Assembly (NCBI GenBank): GCA_048213135.1
Contig: PS015348.1
Coordinates: 25,786 to 63,895, forward strand
Length of the DNA: 38,110 nucleotides
DNA from: Reclinomonas americana ATCC 50394
Taxonomy: Eukaryota
Reading direction: 5' to 3'
A model generated the notes under the pieces. That model was not told the DNA's origin. It saw nothing but the letters and a program-made list of their open reading frames with translations, and made no database searches. This document shows positions 1 to 10,464 of this stretch, piece by piece (positions within the stretch are counted from its first letter, which is position 1; every line of letters starts with the position of its first letter). The translations under genes and the position numbers were made by a program.

Positions 1-728
1 TCTTTGAGAGTGCGAGGAAATCGAGAGAGAGAGAGAGAGAGAGAGCGATGAGAATGAACGGGAAGACCCAGCTTGCTCAGTCAGCGTTCTCCTTTGTCTT
101 CTTTCTGTCTCTATCTCTGTGTGTTTTTCTGTCTCTCTCCCTGTCTTGCTCATGCCCTCTCCTCTTTTCTGTGAGAATGCAAGGAGATTGAGAGAGAGCG
201 AAGGGAGACTCAGCTTGCTCTCGCTCGGAGTCGCAGTCTTCTTCTTCTTTTCCTCTCTCCGTCGTACATTATCTCTCTTGCTTCCTCTCTCCCTCCTCCT
301 TCTTCTTCTTCGCATTCCTGTCCTTGCATTCGTCTTCGTCTCCCTCCGCATCCTGACGACAGCTACCACGACGTCCTACTCTTCTTCTTCTCCCCCTCCT
401 CCTCTTTTCATCCTCATTCTTCTCATCCTTCTCGTTCTTCGAATTCACTTCTTGATCTGTTCTTGTGCTATTATTGCTGTTGTTCTTATTCTTCTTCTTT
501 CTCCTCCTCCGTCTCCTCTTCTTCTTCCTCCTTTTCCTCTTCTTCATTTCCTCCTCCCCGTCTTCTTTCTCCTCCTCTCTCGCTCTGTCTCTTCCTCCCC
601 CTCTACTCCCTTCCTTTCCCGTTCCTCCCTTCACCCTTCCCCCTTCCCCCTTACCGCCCTTCCCCCTTCCCCTTTGCCCCCCTTCCCCCCTCCCTCACCC
701 TCCCCCATTCCCCTTCTCCACCCCACAG

Positions 729-1263
729 ACACCGACGGCATTTGCATGCACAACTCCATCGCCATCACCCAATTCCTCGAAAACCGCTACCCCAAAACAG
801 GCACCCGCCTCGTGCCCGAGGGACGCCGAAAGCAAGTGGCTGTCATGGTACCCCCTCATCCATTTCCATTCTTCCCCCTTCCCCCTTCCCCCTCACCTCT
901 TACTTCACCAGAACCTCGTCCGCGAATGCCACTCCCTCGACACGGCGGTCCTCCCGTCCCTCCGCGACGCCATGGCCGTGGCGGCCGGCACCTCCGCCGC
1001 ACCCAGTGCCTCCGTGGCTACGCGCACCACCCGCGCCATCGAGCGGGAGCTGGATGTGTGGGAGCAGCACTGCAAGGACGCCAATCCACACACGTCGTCA
1101 TCGACGCTGCACATGCTGGCCGGCCAGGAGGAGGTGTCGCTGGCCGACATGTGCGTGTTTCCCGTCATTGCCGCACTCGTCGAGAGCAACCTCGTGCCCG
1201 AGCTGGCCACCACTCACCCACAGTTGCGTGCATTCATTTCTAGCCGGAGGGGGTTTCATTTTT

Positions 1264-1265
<2 letters not shown>
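729..1265 (+). CDS. Glutathione S-transferase family protein, 3' exons only (729-847, 912-1265)
   Basis: GT-AG splicing gives DTDGICMHNSIAITQFLENRYPK..RLVP (end of the GST N-domain) joined to ..EVSLADMCVFP (GST C-domain N-capping motif), with TAA at 1263-1265. 5' exons not found. Confidence 0.75.
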
Positions 1266-1298
<33 letters not shown>

Positions 1299-1479
1299 GA
1301 ACGATACAAAATTCTAACAACACACACAAACACAGTCTCTGGCGGTGGTACCAGCACCTGGCGACACGCGAGTCGATTCAGCGGTCGTGGTGGGTGTCGC
1401 CATTCCACGCTCACAGACTATAGGGGATTGCGCGGAGTTGAGACAGGGAGTGTGGATTAAAAAGGAGAGAAGAGAATGA

Positions 1480-1686
1480 GAGAGGGAGGGAGAGAGAAGA
1501 AAATATGTCCGCGTCGCCGATCTGTGCAAACAAATGTGTGAGTAAGAGAGTGCACGCGAGAGGGTAAGCATCTTGAAACGGAGAGAAGAGAGAAAGCACG
1601 CTATGCTGATAGAAAATGCGTGCAAAGTACGTGTGAGCAAGAGAGTGCACGGTGCACACACAGATATGCACATTCCCGACATCCAG

Positions 1687-1733
<47 letters not shown>

Positions 1734-2400
1734 TCACCCCCTCACATAAACACACGCGAGAGAGAAAGCTGAGATTTTGTGCACTACGAAGTACATGACG
1801 GAGACTGAACTCTGAGTGACAGATGGAGGGAGAGAGAAGTAAGCATGCGCATCGCCGATCTCCAAGCTGTGCAGACAAGCAGCCACACTTTCTCTCACGA
1901 GAGAGTAAGCTTCTTCGTGTGCACCTGAAGAATGCTCTCTGAGTGGGAAACAGAGAGAGAAGACGGCAACGCCGATCTACAATCTGTGCAAGAGAGTGCG
2001 TGGCAAACACACATGCACCTTCCCGACATGCAACCATTCTCTCGCTCTCGTATCACCCTCCCTCAGACACGTAAACACACACTCGCGAGGTGCACTTGGA
2101 AAATACTCAGGAGAATGTCCTCTGACTTAGCGACAGAGAGAGAGAGGAGAGAGAAGAACAAGCGCGCCACATCGATCACCAAGCTGCGCAAACACACACA
2201 TACACATGAGGGACAAGCAGCCACTCTCTTTTCCTCTCACAAACGAAACACGCGAGAGAGAAAGCTGAGTTTGCAAGCTTCTCTCTGATGCTCTGAGTGC
2301 GAGACAGAAAGAGAAGAGAGATAGCGCGGCACGCCGATCGCCATGCTGTGCAAACCACATACGGCTAACAGAGCGCACGAAGCACAGACACGCAGCTTTC
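1480..2400. repeat. Degenerate intergenic repeat array mixed with (CT)n/(AG)n
   Basis: Recurring cgccgatc..ctgtgcaaac-like, gacaagcagccac, acacgcgagagagaaagctgag and cccgacat motifs, with homologous points about 320-360 bp apart. Confidence 0.55.
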
Positions 2401-2563
2401 CCTTTCTCTCTCTTGCACTCTCTCCCTCTCCCTCCTCTCCCTCTCCCTATCCCTCCCTCGCACTCCCTCCCTCCCTCTCCCTCCCCCCTTCCCCCTTCCC
2501 CTCCCTCCCCCTCCCCCTCCCCTCTCCCTTTCCCCTTCCCCTTCCCACCCACCTTCCGCCCTT

Positions 2564-3456
2564 CTACTTGCGCACTCCTGCCGACTCCCCACCCACCGTG
2601 TACCCCGGCACAATCGTCTGCCGCCGCGGTGGCGAGTCCGACGCCAGCATGGGACCGCGAATGGTCACACCCGGCAACTCAAACGGCACCTGCAAATACT
2701 CGAGCAGCATGAAAACCGACTGCTTGGTGTCGTCGGTCGGCAGCGTGCAGTCGAACACCTCGTCGGCCACCATGCGCTCGTAGATCCGCTCAATGTCGTC
2801 GACAAACGTGTTGTCGCGCTCGCCCAACTTGGCGCGAATCTGCGCGGCGTCGGCGCCCGCGTCCGACAGTTCCCGCTCGTACCGCTCCTGCAGGCGCATC
2901 TTTTGCACCCAGTCGGTGGCCTGGCACAGCACGTAGCTGCAGTGGAAGGCGCCGTCGACGGCGCGCGCAATGTCGGCCCAGTAGTCGAGGGCGCGCTCGN
3001 NNNNNNNNNNNNNNNNNNNNNNNNNNNNNNNNNNNNNNNNNNNNNNNNNNNNNNNNNNNNNNNNNNNNNNNNNNNNNNNNNNNNNNNNNNNNNNNNNNNN
3101 NNNNNNNNNNNNNNNNNNNNNNNNNNNNNNNNNNNNNNNNNNNNNNNNNNNNNNNNNNNNNNNNNNNNNNNNNNNNNNNNNNNNNNNNNNNNNNNNNNNN
3201 NNNNNNNNNNNNNNNNNNNNNNNNNNNNNNNNNNNNNNNNNNNNNNNNNNNNNNNNNNNNNNNNNNNNNNNNNNNNNNNNNNNCTGCTGGCGCGGGCGTA
3301 GACGCCGGGGGTGAGGAGGGAGCGGTCGAAAAAGGCCACGCCGTTTTTCACCGAGGAGGGGTTGGCTTGCCAGAGGCGGGAGATCTCCGTCATGCGTTCC
3401 ATGTAGTGGGCGGCCCAGAGGAGGGACATGGCGGCGGAGGTGGGGGGGAGGGGGTA
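2564..3456 (-). CDS. Terminal exon of a deoxynucleoside/thymidylate-kinase-like P-loop protein
   Basis: Joining the flanks of the 3000-3282 gap directly gives a continuous frame ..VAFFDRSLLTPGVYARASSERALDYWADIA..VQKMRLQER.., containing the DRS motif and a lid-like RLQER. A polypyrimidine tract plus TAG acceptor lies at 3457. The P-loop exon was not seen and probably lies in the 3591-4123 gap. Confidence 0.5.
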
Positions 3457-4379
3457 CTAGAAAGGGGAAGGGGAAGGGGAAGGCAAGTGAGAAGGCGAGG
3501 CAACGAGTGGTCTCGCTCTATAGTTCTCTCCAGTGCGCTAGCCTACGTCTCTCTCTCTGTCACCCTCTCTGTCTCTCTCCAACTCTTTCGNNNNNNNNNN
3601 NNNNNNNNNNNNNNNNNNNNNNNNNNNNNNNNNNNNNNNNNNNNNNNNNNNNNNNNNNNNNNNNNNNNNNNNNNNNNNNNNNNNNNNNNNNNNNNNNNNN
3701 NNNNNNNNNNNNNNNNNNNNNNNNNNNNNNNNNNNNNNNNNNNNNNNNNNNNNNNNNNNNNNNNNNNNNNNNNNNNNNNNNNNNNNNNNNNNNNNNNNNN
3801 NNNNNNNNNNNNNNNNNNNNNNNNNNNNNNNNNNNNNNNNNNNNNNNNNNNNNNNNNNNNNNNNNNNNNNNNNNNNNNNNNNNNNNNNNNNNNNNNNNNN
3901 NNNNNNNNNNNNNNNNNNNNNNNNNNNNNNNNNNNNNNNNNNNNNNNNNNNNNNNNNNNNNNNNNNNNNNNNNNNNNNNNNNNNNNNNNNNNNNNNNNNN
4001 NNNNNNNNNNNNNNNNNNNNNNNNNNNNNNNNNNNNNNNNNNNNNNNNNNNNNNNNNNNNNNNNNNNNNNNNNNNNNNNNNNNNNNNNNNNNNNNNNNNN
4101 NNNNNNNNNNNNNNNNNNNNNNNCTCTCGAATTCCTTCTTTCTATCTTCTGTCGCTTCGTGCTCTGCGGCCTGCATGTGCGTGGTTACGCTCCACCTGCG
4201 TTACTCCCTTTGTCTGTAGTGCACAAGATCATTGATCGCCATGCGCAACTGCATGCGAGTGCGTGCAACAAGCGGTGATCATTTGCGCGCTATATCCTGT
4301 GTGCTTCTCTGTCACTGTGTGCGTTCTCTTGTTTCCTGCTCTGCTCTCTTCACGGCACATGGTGAGTTCTGTTGGCTGC

Positions 4380-4881
4380 AGAGCTCTCTCTCTCTCTCTC
4401 AATTCGTCTGGCTCTCTTCACTCCTTGCTTCTTCTTCTTCTTCTTCTTCTCTCATTTGTTCTTCTTCTCCTTCTTCTTATTCCTCTTCTTCTTCTTCTCC
4501 ATCCTCCTCCCTCCTCCTCCTCTTCTTCTTCTCATTTGTTCTTCTCCTTCTTCTTCTTCTTCTTCTCCACCTTCCTCCCTCCTCCTCCTCCTACTCCTCC
4601 TCTTCTTTGTTCTTCTCCTTCTTCTTCTTCTTCTTCTTTTCCTCTCCCTGTGTCCTAGTACCTCTTTTCCTCACTCTCTGCTCGTCTGTTCTTTTCAGTG
4701 CCTGCTTGCTTCTTCTTCTTCTCATCTCCCTGTGTCCTTGTGCCTCTTTTCCTCAACTCTCACTGTCTGCTCGTCTGTCTGGTTCTCATTACTGCTCTCG
4801 TCTTCTTCTCTTGCTTCTTCCTTTCTTCTCATTCTTCTCCTGTGCTGCTCTCTTTCTTTCTTTCTTTCTTTCTTTCTCTCT

Positions 4882-4933
<52 letters not shown>

Positions 4934-4961
4934 NNNNNNNNNNNNNNNNNNNNCGTAGTAC

Positions 4962-5010
<49 letters not shown>

Positions 5011-5134
5011 CACACACACACAAAGACACACACACAAAGACACAAGAAGACACACAATGACATACACACATACACACACACACACAAAGACACACAAAGA
5101 CACACACACACACAAAGACACACACACGTATACA

Positions 5135-5175
<41 letters not shown>

Positions 5176-5230
5176 ACAACGAGTGAGACAACACACACAC
5201 CGCGAGGCATGTCACTCTCTCTCTCTCTTT
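4380..5230. repeat. Compound microsatellite/low-complexity tract (TTC)n, (CT)n, (CA)n
   Basis: Directly visible; probably intronic. Confidence 0.9.
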
Positions 5231-5245
5231 CTTTGTGACACTCAC

Positions 5246-5354
5246 CGCCCTCTTTGCGTTTACTTTGCGCATCGCGGATCATTGGTGAGCTGAATGCGCG
5301 TGTGAACGCTGGTGCTCGAGGGCACGCGAGGCGGCCAACGCGTGACAAGAACAT
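5246..5354 (-). CDS. Putative first exon encoding a mitochondrial-presequence-like peptide
   Basis: MFLSRVGRLACPRAPAFTRAFSSPMIRD.. is Arg/Ala/Ser-rich, has no acidic residue in the first 27 aa, contains RAFSS, and is followed by a GTGAGT donor. Confidence 0.45.
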
Positions 5355-5490
5355 TGCGGGAAAGAGAGTGGAAGTCGATGTCGACGTGGGACTGATGAAG
5401 TTGTGGTCACTTGTGCGTTGTTTTGAAGACTGTCGCGTCGTGTATGCGCTGAGGGTCACATAAGAGACGCCCTTTGTTTTGCCTAATAGC

Positions 5491-5735
5491 TGCAGAGTGG
5501 CCGACGACGTCGTGTGACAGGATGCACACAAAAACACGACAATTCGTGACAGGAATTCTTTTGTGCATACGCAACGCACGCTGTTTTGAAGTCGTGTACG
5601 CACCGAGGTTTAACATTTGAGACGCTCTCATGTTTGCTTTGGGATGCAGAGTCGCTGCCGACGTCGCGTGACAGGATGCACACAGGAACACGACAATTCG
5701 TGACAGGAATTGTTTTGTGCATGCACAACGCACGC
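5491..5735. repeat. About 91-bp direct repeat, 2 copies (5491-5581, 5645-5735), period 154 bp
   Basis: tgcagagt..gacgtcg.gtgacaggatgcacaca..aacacgacaattcgtgacaggaatt.ttttgtgcat..caacgcacgc is present twice. Confidence 0.9.
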
Positions 5736-6130
5736 ACAATGTCGGTGCGTGTTTTTTCCTGTGTGTTCTGTCGTTGCTCTTGCTGTGTGTTTGACTCGTC
5801 GCGTGGCAGTTCTCTGTTCGTGTGAGTGCGGCACATGATTCGTCGCTGTCGGTGATGGTGGAGGGCATGTCGACTNNNNNNNNNNNNNNNNNNNNNNNNN
5901 NNNNNNNNNNNNNNNNNNNNNNNNNNNNNNNNNNNNNNNNNNNNNNNNNNNNNNNNNNNNNNNNNNNNNNNNNNNNNNNNNNNNNNNNNNNNNNNNNNNN
6001 NNNNNNNNNNNCTGGCATCGCAGCGCCTTGGAGCGGGAAGCGCGGTTTGTTTGTCGGCAGTCGTTGCCTTCACGTTTCATCTCTCACCGTCTGCTGTGCC
6101 CACAGCTTGATCAACTTCAATCGTATCAAC

Positions 6131-9100
6131 ATGGCCTTCGAGGCGGTGGAAGAGGCCGTGCGTCTGCGCTGTCAACGAGCACTGGCTCAGTTCAGTCGCG
6201 ATCATCCCGATTTTGATGTGCGGGCGTGGGTGCCAAGCTTCACGCCTGCTGGGATGAATGCAGTGACAGTGAAGGCATGGCGTGAGCGACATGCTCCACT
6301 TGATCCCTCACGAGTCAAGTTGTTCGAGGAGAAGCAGCCTGTAATGTTGGCATGGCATGCTGCATTCGACTCCGACCCCTCATCCGACCCTCCGTGTGAC
6401 GGATTGGATACGACGGCACTGCACACCATCATGCTTTATGGTGGCTTTGTTCAGGATGACGGTCGCAAGCTGCTGCTGTTTGACTGTGCCGATGAACGGA
6501 AGGCTGTGCAGGAGCTTCACAGTGTCAGAAACAAGTTGAAGCACGATGAGATGACATTGACAGCTGTCACTGTGCAGCATTACCTTGGTGACGGCGGTGT
6601 TTTCCTCTCCATCCTCTCTCGACTGCAGCTGGCGGCCGATGAGCGTGCTCGATTCTGTGGTCGTATCTGTGAGGCACGCCACGCTCGTCACATTGTAGAT
6701 ACATTCGAGGAGCGACTGAATCAGCTGGCTGTCCGTGAGATGGTCTATTATCACGAAGACGAGAGTGTGCGCAAGGACATGCAGATGTATGTGCCACTGC
6801 TGTGCTCCCGTGATCGTGACGTCTCATCGCAAGACAAGATGGCGGATCTGTTGACGGAGGTGGATGTCTTCCTCTCCAACGCCAACACCACTCAGCGTGT
6901 GTTGATGCTGTTTGGCAACAGTGGTGCCGGCAAGACCACCACCATGTCGGTGCTGGCCGAGCGAGCGTGGCGACAGTGGCAGACGGGAGTGAGTCGACGG
7001 GTGCCTGTGCGTGTGCCTCTTGGTACACTGCGCAATGCCGACGAGCGATTGTTGGAGGAGGCACTGGAGCGACTGTCGCCCGAGTTGGGATTCAGCGAGG
7101 CGGATGTGCGACGATTGAAGGACGAGTCACTGCTGTTGTTGCTTGACGGGTACGACGAGTTATATCATGGTGTGAATCTGTTTGTCAAGAACCAGCTGGA
7201 TGTGTGTCGCGATGTGAAGGTGATAATCACCTGTCGCGGCGATTACGCACTGACGGCACTGGGTAGCGCGACGCAGTATCGAAGGTACTTTGCACCGGTG
7301 GATGCAAGAGGACAGTTGTGCATGCAGCAGCTGATGGAGCGACACATTGCGCCGTTCAACAAGGAGCAGATTGAGGAGTACTTTGGGCGACTGGTGCAAC
7401 TGGGTGGTGCTGACGGTGATGGCGAAGTGCGGTGGTCGACTGCCGAGGAGTACATTCGTGCATTGAAGAGTGTACATGGACTTGATGCACTGGTGGCGAA
7501 TCCATTCATGCTGACAGTGGTGGCTCGTGTGTTGCCGCAATTGGTGGCGAGTGGAGTGCAGCGACCGACTCGGTGCGATGTGTTTGACCGCTTCATTCGA
7601 CAGTGGATTGAGAGAGAGCAGGAGAGGCAGGCTCGTCTTGGTGCAGAACTTGTGCCGAGTGAGGAGACGTGTTTGGCATTCTGTGAGGGACTGGCGCGGT
7701 TGATGCACGAGCGGAATGTGGTGCGCGTGTCGGTGATGTCGATAAGTTCAATTGATGGCGGTGAGGAGGAGGATGATTTTGGCGGCGCTCCACTCGCCTT
7801 GCGACGAGTGGAGGAGGCACCGTTTGACAAGTTTCTCGGGCACAAGAATCAGCATGTGCGAGTGTGCTGTCCGATTGTGCGACGGTATGGGACGACGCAG
7901 TGGGGTTTCGTGCATCTGTCCTTGCTCGAACATTGTGTGGCACGGCATGTGTTTGCGTGGGAGACATGGGATGAGGAGATGAGATTGACGATGCAAGATG
8001 TGCAGCAGCATGTGTTAGCAGTGCGATTGCTGAATGATCGACCGTCGTTGGTGGAGCAGATTGCCGAGGTGGTGCGACGGTCTCCTGCGTTGCAAGCGAG
8101 ACTGTGGGAGGTGATTCTGTTGTCGCGGGTGGTGGATGAGGAGCGCGTGGTAACGGCGGCGGCGAATGCAGCGACGGTGTTGTGTGCAGCACAAGTGTCG
8201 TTGAGTGGGCGAGATCTGTCTGGTGTGCGAGTGAGGGGTGCGGATTTGAGGGACGCGGTGATGCACAGGACGGTGTGGAGGGGAGCGGATTTGCGAGGTG
8301 TGAATGTGTGCATGGCGTTTGCGAGGGAGGCGGATTTCAAAGGGGCGGATGTGTCGGGTGTGAAGTGGCCGAGGATGCCCATAGTGGGTCACACGGATGG
8401 GGTGTATGCAGTAGCAGTGACACCAGATGGTCAGCACATTGTGAGCGGTAGCGATGACGGTACTGTACGAGTGTGGTTGGTGGTAAGCGGCGAGGAGGTG
8501 CGTCGACTGGAAGGCCACACGAGTGCGGTGTGCGCAGTAGCTGTGACACCCGATGGCCAGCATATCGTGAGTGGCAGTGAGGACAAGACTGTACGGGTGT
8601 GGTCGGTGGCGAGTGGCGAGGAGGTGCGCCGACTGGAGGGCCACACGAGTTATGTGAATGCAGTGGCAGTGACACGCGATGGTCAGCACATTGTGAGTGG
8701 CAGTTTGGATGAGACTGTACGAGTGTGGTCAGTGGCAAGTGGTGAGGAGGTGCGCCGACTGGAAGGTCACATGAGTGCAGTATTAACAGTGGCAGTGACA
8801 CTCGATGGCCAGTACATTGTGAGTGGCAGTTGGGACACAACTGTGCGAGTGTGGTCTGTGGCAAGTGGTGAGGAGGTGCGCCGACTGGAAGGTCACATGA
8901 GTGCAGTATTAACAGTGGCAGTGACACCCGATGGCCAGCACATTGTGAGCGGCAGTTTGGACAAGACTGTGCGAGTGTGGTCAGTGGCAAGTGGCGAGGA
9001 GGTGCGACGGTTCGAGGGACACACTGACTACGTGTTCTCTGTCGTTGTCGCTCCCGATGGCCAGCATATTGTGAGTGGGAGCAGGGACGCCACCGTGCGT

Positions 9101-10183
9101 GTGTGGTCATTAGCGAGTGGGGAAGAAGTACGTCGATTGGTGGGACACGGCACCGCAGTGCTGACCGTCGCTTGCACTCCCGATGGCCAATTCATTGTCA
9201 GTGGGAGTGCAGACAAGACTGTGCGTGTATGGTCTGTGGTGAACGTTGAGGCCGTGCGACGGCACGAGGGGCACGTTGAATCGGTGCAGTATTGCGCAGT
9301 AACTCCCGATGGTCAGTTCGTCGTAAGTGGGGGTGATGAGAAGACAGTGCGAGTGTGGTCGGTGGCAAGTGGCGAGGAGGTGCGGCGGTTCGAGGGGCAC
9401 ACTGCCGCTGTGTGGTCGGTTTGCATCACCCCCGATGGTCAGTATGCGGTGAGTGGTGGTGCTGATAAGACACTGAGAATGTGGTCACTGGCGAGTGGCC
9501 AAGAGTTGCGACGGTTTGAGGGACACTCGAGGACTGTGCTTTTTGTCACCGTGACTCCCGATGGTCAGCATCTGGTGAGTGGGAGTAAAGACCTATCACT
9601 GAGAATGTGGTCGCTGGCATGTGGCGAGGAGGTGCGACGGTTTGGGGGACACAGTGGTCGAGTGAATGCGATTATCGTCACTTCCGATTGTCAGCACATC
9701 GTGAGCGGGAGCAACGACACCACTGTGCGAGTGTGGTCATTTGTGAGTGGTGAAGAAGTGCGCCGGTTGGAAGGCCATATCGATGCAGTGCATTCTGTTA
9801 CCGTCACTCCCGATGGCCAGCACATTGTCAGTGGAAGTGCCGACAACACCGTGCGTTTGTGGTCTTTCACAACTGGCGAGTTGGTGCGGCGATTTACTGC
9901 ACATATTGGACAAGTGTTTTCAGTTGCCATCACGCCAGATGGAGAGCACATTCTGAGCGCAGGCTGGGACAAGGTCGTGCGAGTGTGGTCCGTGGCGAGT
10001 GGCTTGGAGATTCAACGCTTTGAGGGACACAACGATCCGCTGTTATGTGTCGCCGTGACTCCTCAGCACATTGTTAGTGGAGGCGCTGACAAGACAATGC
10101 GAGTATGGTCACGGGCTGGAATGCTTCAGCGTATTATTGGCTCATTCCTCCCCGACTTTTCCGACGTCAGACAAGATTCGTGA
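6131..10183 (+). CDS. Intronless NLR-like protein: putative HEPN - NACHT - pentapeptide repeats - 14 WD40 (1350 aa)
   Basis: ATG at 6131. Walker A GNSGAGKT, Walker B LLLLLDGYDE, VIITCR, NPF, FVHLSLLE; pentapeptide repeats (RDLSG, ADLRD, ADLRG, ADFKG); 14 GH..W repeats. The N-terminus has LDTTAL and ELHSVRNKLKH. Confidence 0.92.
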   Translation: MAFEAVEEAVRLRCQRALAQFSRDHPDFDVRAWVPSFTPAGMNAVTVKAWRERHAPLDPSRVKLFEEKQPVMLAWHAAFDSDPSSDPPCDGLDTTALHTIMLYGGFVQDDGRKLLLFDCADERKAVQELHSVRNKLKHDEMTLTAVTVQHYLGDGGVFLSILSRLQLAADERARFCGRICEARHARHIVDTFEERLNQLAVREMVYYHEDESVRKDMQMYVPLLCSRDRDVSSQDKMADLLTEVDVFLSNANTTQRVLMLFGNSGAGKTTTMSVLAERAWRQWQTGVSRRVPVRVPLGTLRNADERLLEEALERLSPELGFSEADVRRLKDESLLLLLDGYDELYHGVNLFVKNQLDVCRDVKVIITCRGDYALTALGSATQYRRYFAPVDARGQLCMQQLMERHIAPFNKEQIEEYFGRLVQLGGADGDGEVRWSTAEEYIRALKSVHGLDALVANPFMLTVVARVLPQLVASGVQRPTRCDVFDRFIRQWIEREQERQARLGAELVPSEETCLAFCEGLARLMHERNVVRVSVMSISSIDGGEEEDDFGGAPLALRRVEEAPFDKFLGHKNQHVRVCCPIVRRYGTTQWGFVHLSLLEHCVARHVFAWETWDEEMRLTMQDVQQHVLAVRLLNDRPSLVEQIAEVVRRSPALQARLWEVILLSRVVDEERVVTAAANAATVLCAAQVSLSGRDLSGVRVRGADLRDAVMHRTVWRGADLRGVNVCMAFAREADFKGADVSGVKWPRMPIVGHTDGVYAVAVTPDGQHIVSGSDDGTVRVWLVVSGEEVRRLEGHTSAVCAVAVTPDGQHIVSGSEDKTVRVWSVASGEEVRRLEGHTSYVNAVAVTRDGQHIVSGSLDETVRVWSVASGEEVRRLEGHMSAVLTVAVTLDGQYIVSGSWDTTVRVWSVASGEEVRRLEGHMSAVLTVAVTPDGQHIVSGSLDKTVRVWSVASGEEVRRFEGHTDYVFSVVVAPDGQHIVSGSRDATVRVWSLASGEEVRRLVGHGTAVLTVACTPDGQFIVSGSADKTVRVWSVVNVEAVRRHEGHVESVQYCAVTPDGQFVVSGGDEKTVRVWSVASGEEVRRFEGHTAAVWSVCITPDGQYAVSGGADKTLRMWSLASGQELRRFEGHSRTVLFVTVTPDGQHLVSGSKDLSLRMWSLACGEEVRRFGGHSGRVNAIIVTSDCQHIVSGSNDTTVRVWSFVSGEEVRRLEGHIDAVHSVTVTPDGQHIVSGSADNTVRLWSFTTGELVRRFTAHIGQVFSVAITPDGEHILSAGWDKVVRVWSVASGLEIQRFEGHNDPLLCVAVTPQHIVSGGADKTMRVWSRAGMLQRIIGSFLPDFSDVRQDS
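8384..10110 (+). repeat. Coding tandem array of 126-bp WD40 units with high internal identity
   Basis: Consensus EGHxxxVxxVAVTPDGQHIVSGSxDxTVRVWSVASGEEVRRL repeated 14 times. Confidence 0.95.
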
Positions 10184-10464
10184 ATGAAATCCTTGCTCTG
10201 AAGAGATCTCATCTGCGCAGGCAGCTGTTGCGCTGCGGTATATTGGCTACGCTTACAATGGTCACGTTGGACACTTGACCCTTGTTCCAGTCTTCTCGAA
10301 TCAACAACTCAGGCACCTTGACAATACGTCCAAGACCTAGTTCTAGATGAGCTCCCAAGACTGTTTGCGGCATCAACAAGCCCACAGCTATCAAGTCATT
10401 CTTCGATTTCTGTGCAACTTCTTTCGTCCGCAAAGAAACTTACAACAAACCATTCCACATTCAT

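Noticed and set aside
1-720. Long Leu/Ser/Pro-rich ORFs (also 4232-5293 and similar)
   Set aside because: They arise from stop-poor CT/TTC/CA microsatellites, not real coding sequence.
5822-6130. 5' extension of the 1453-aa ORF
   Set aside because: It starts at a non-ATG codon and crosses an N gap; ATG 6131 (caacATGG) is the plausible start.
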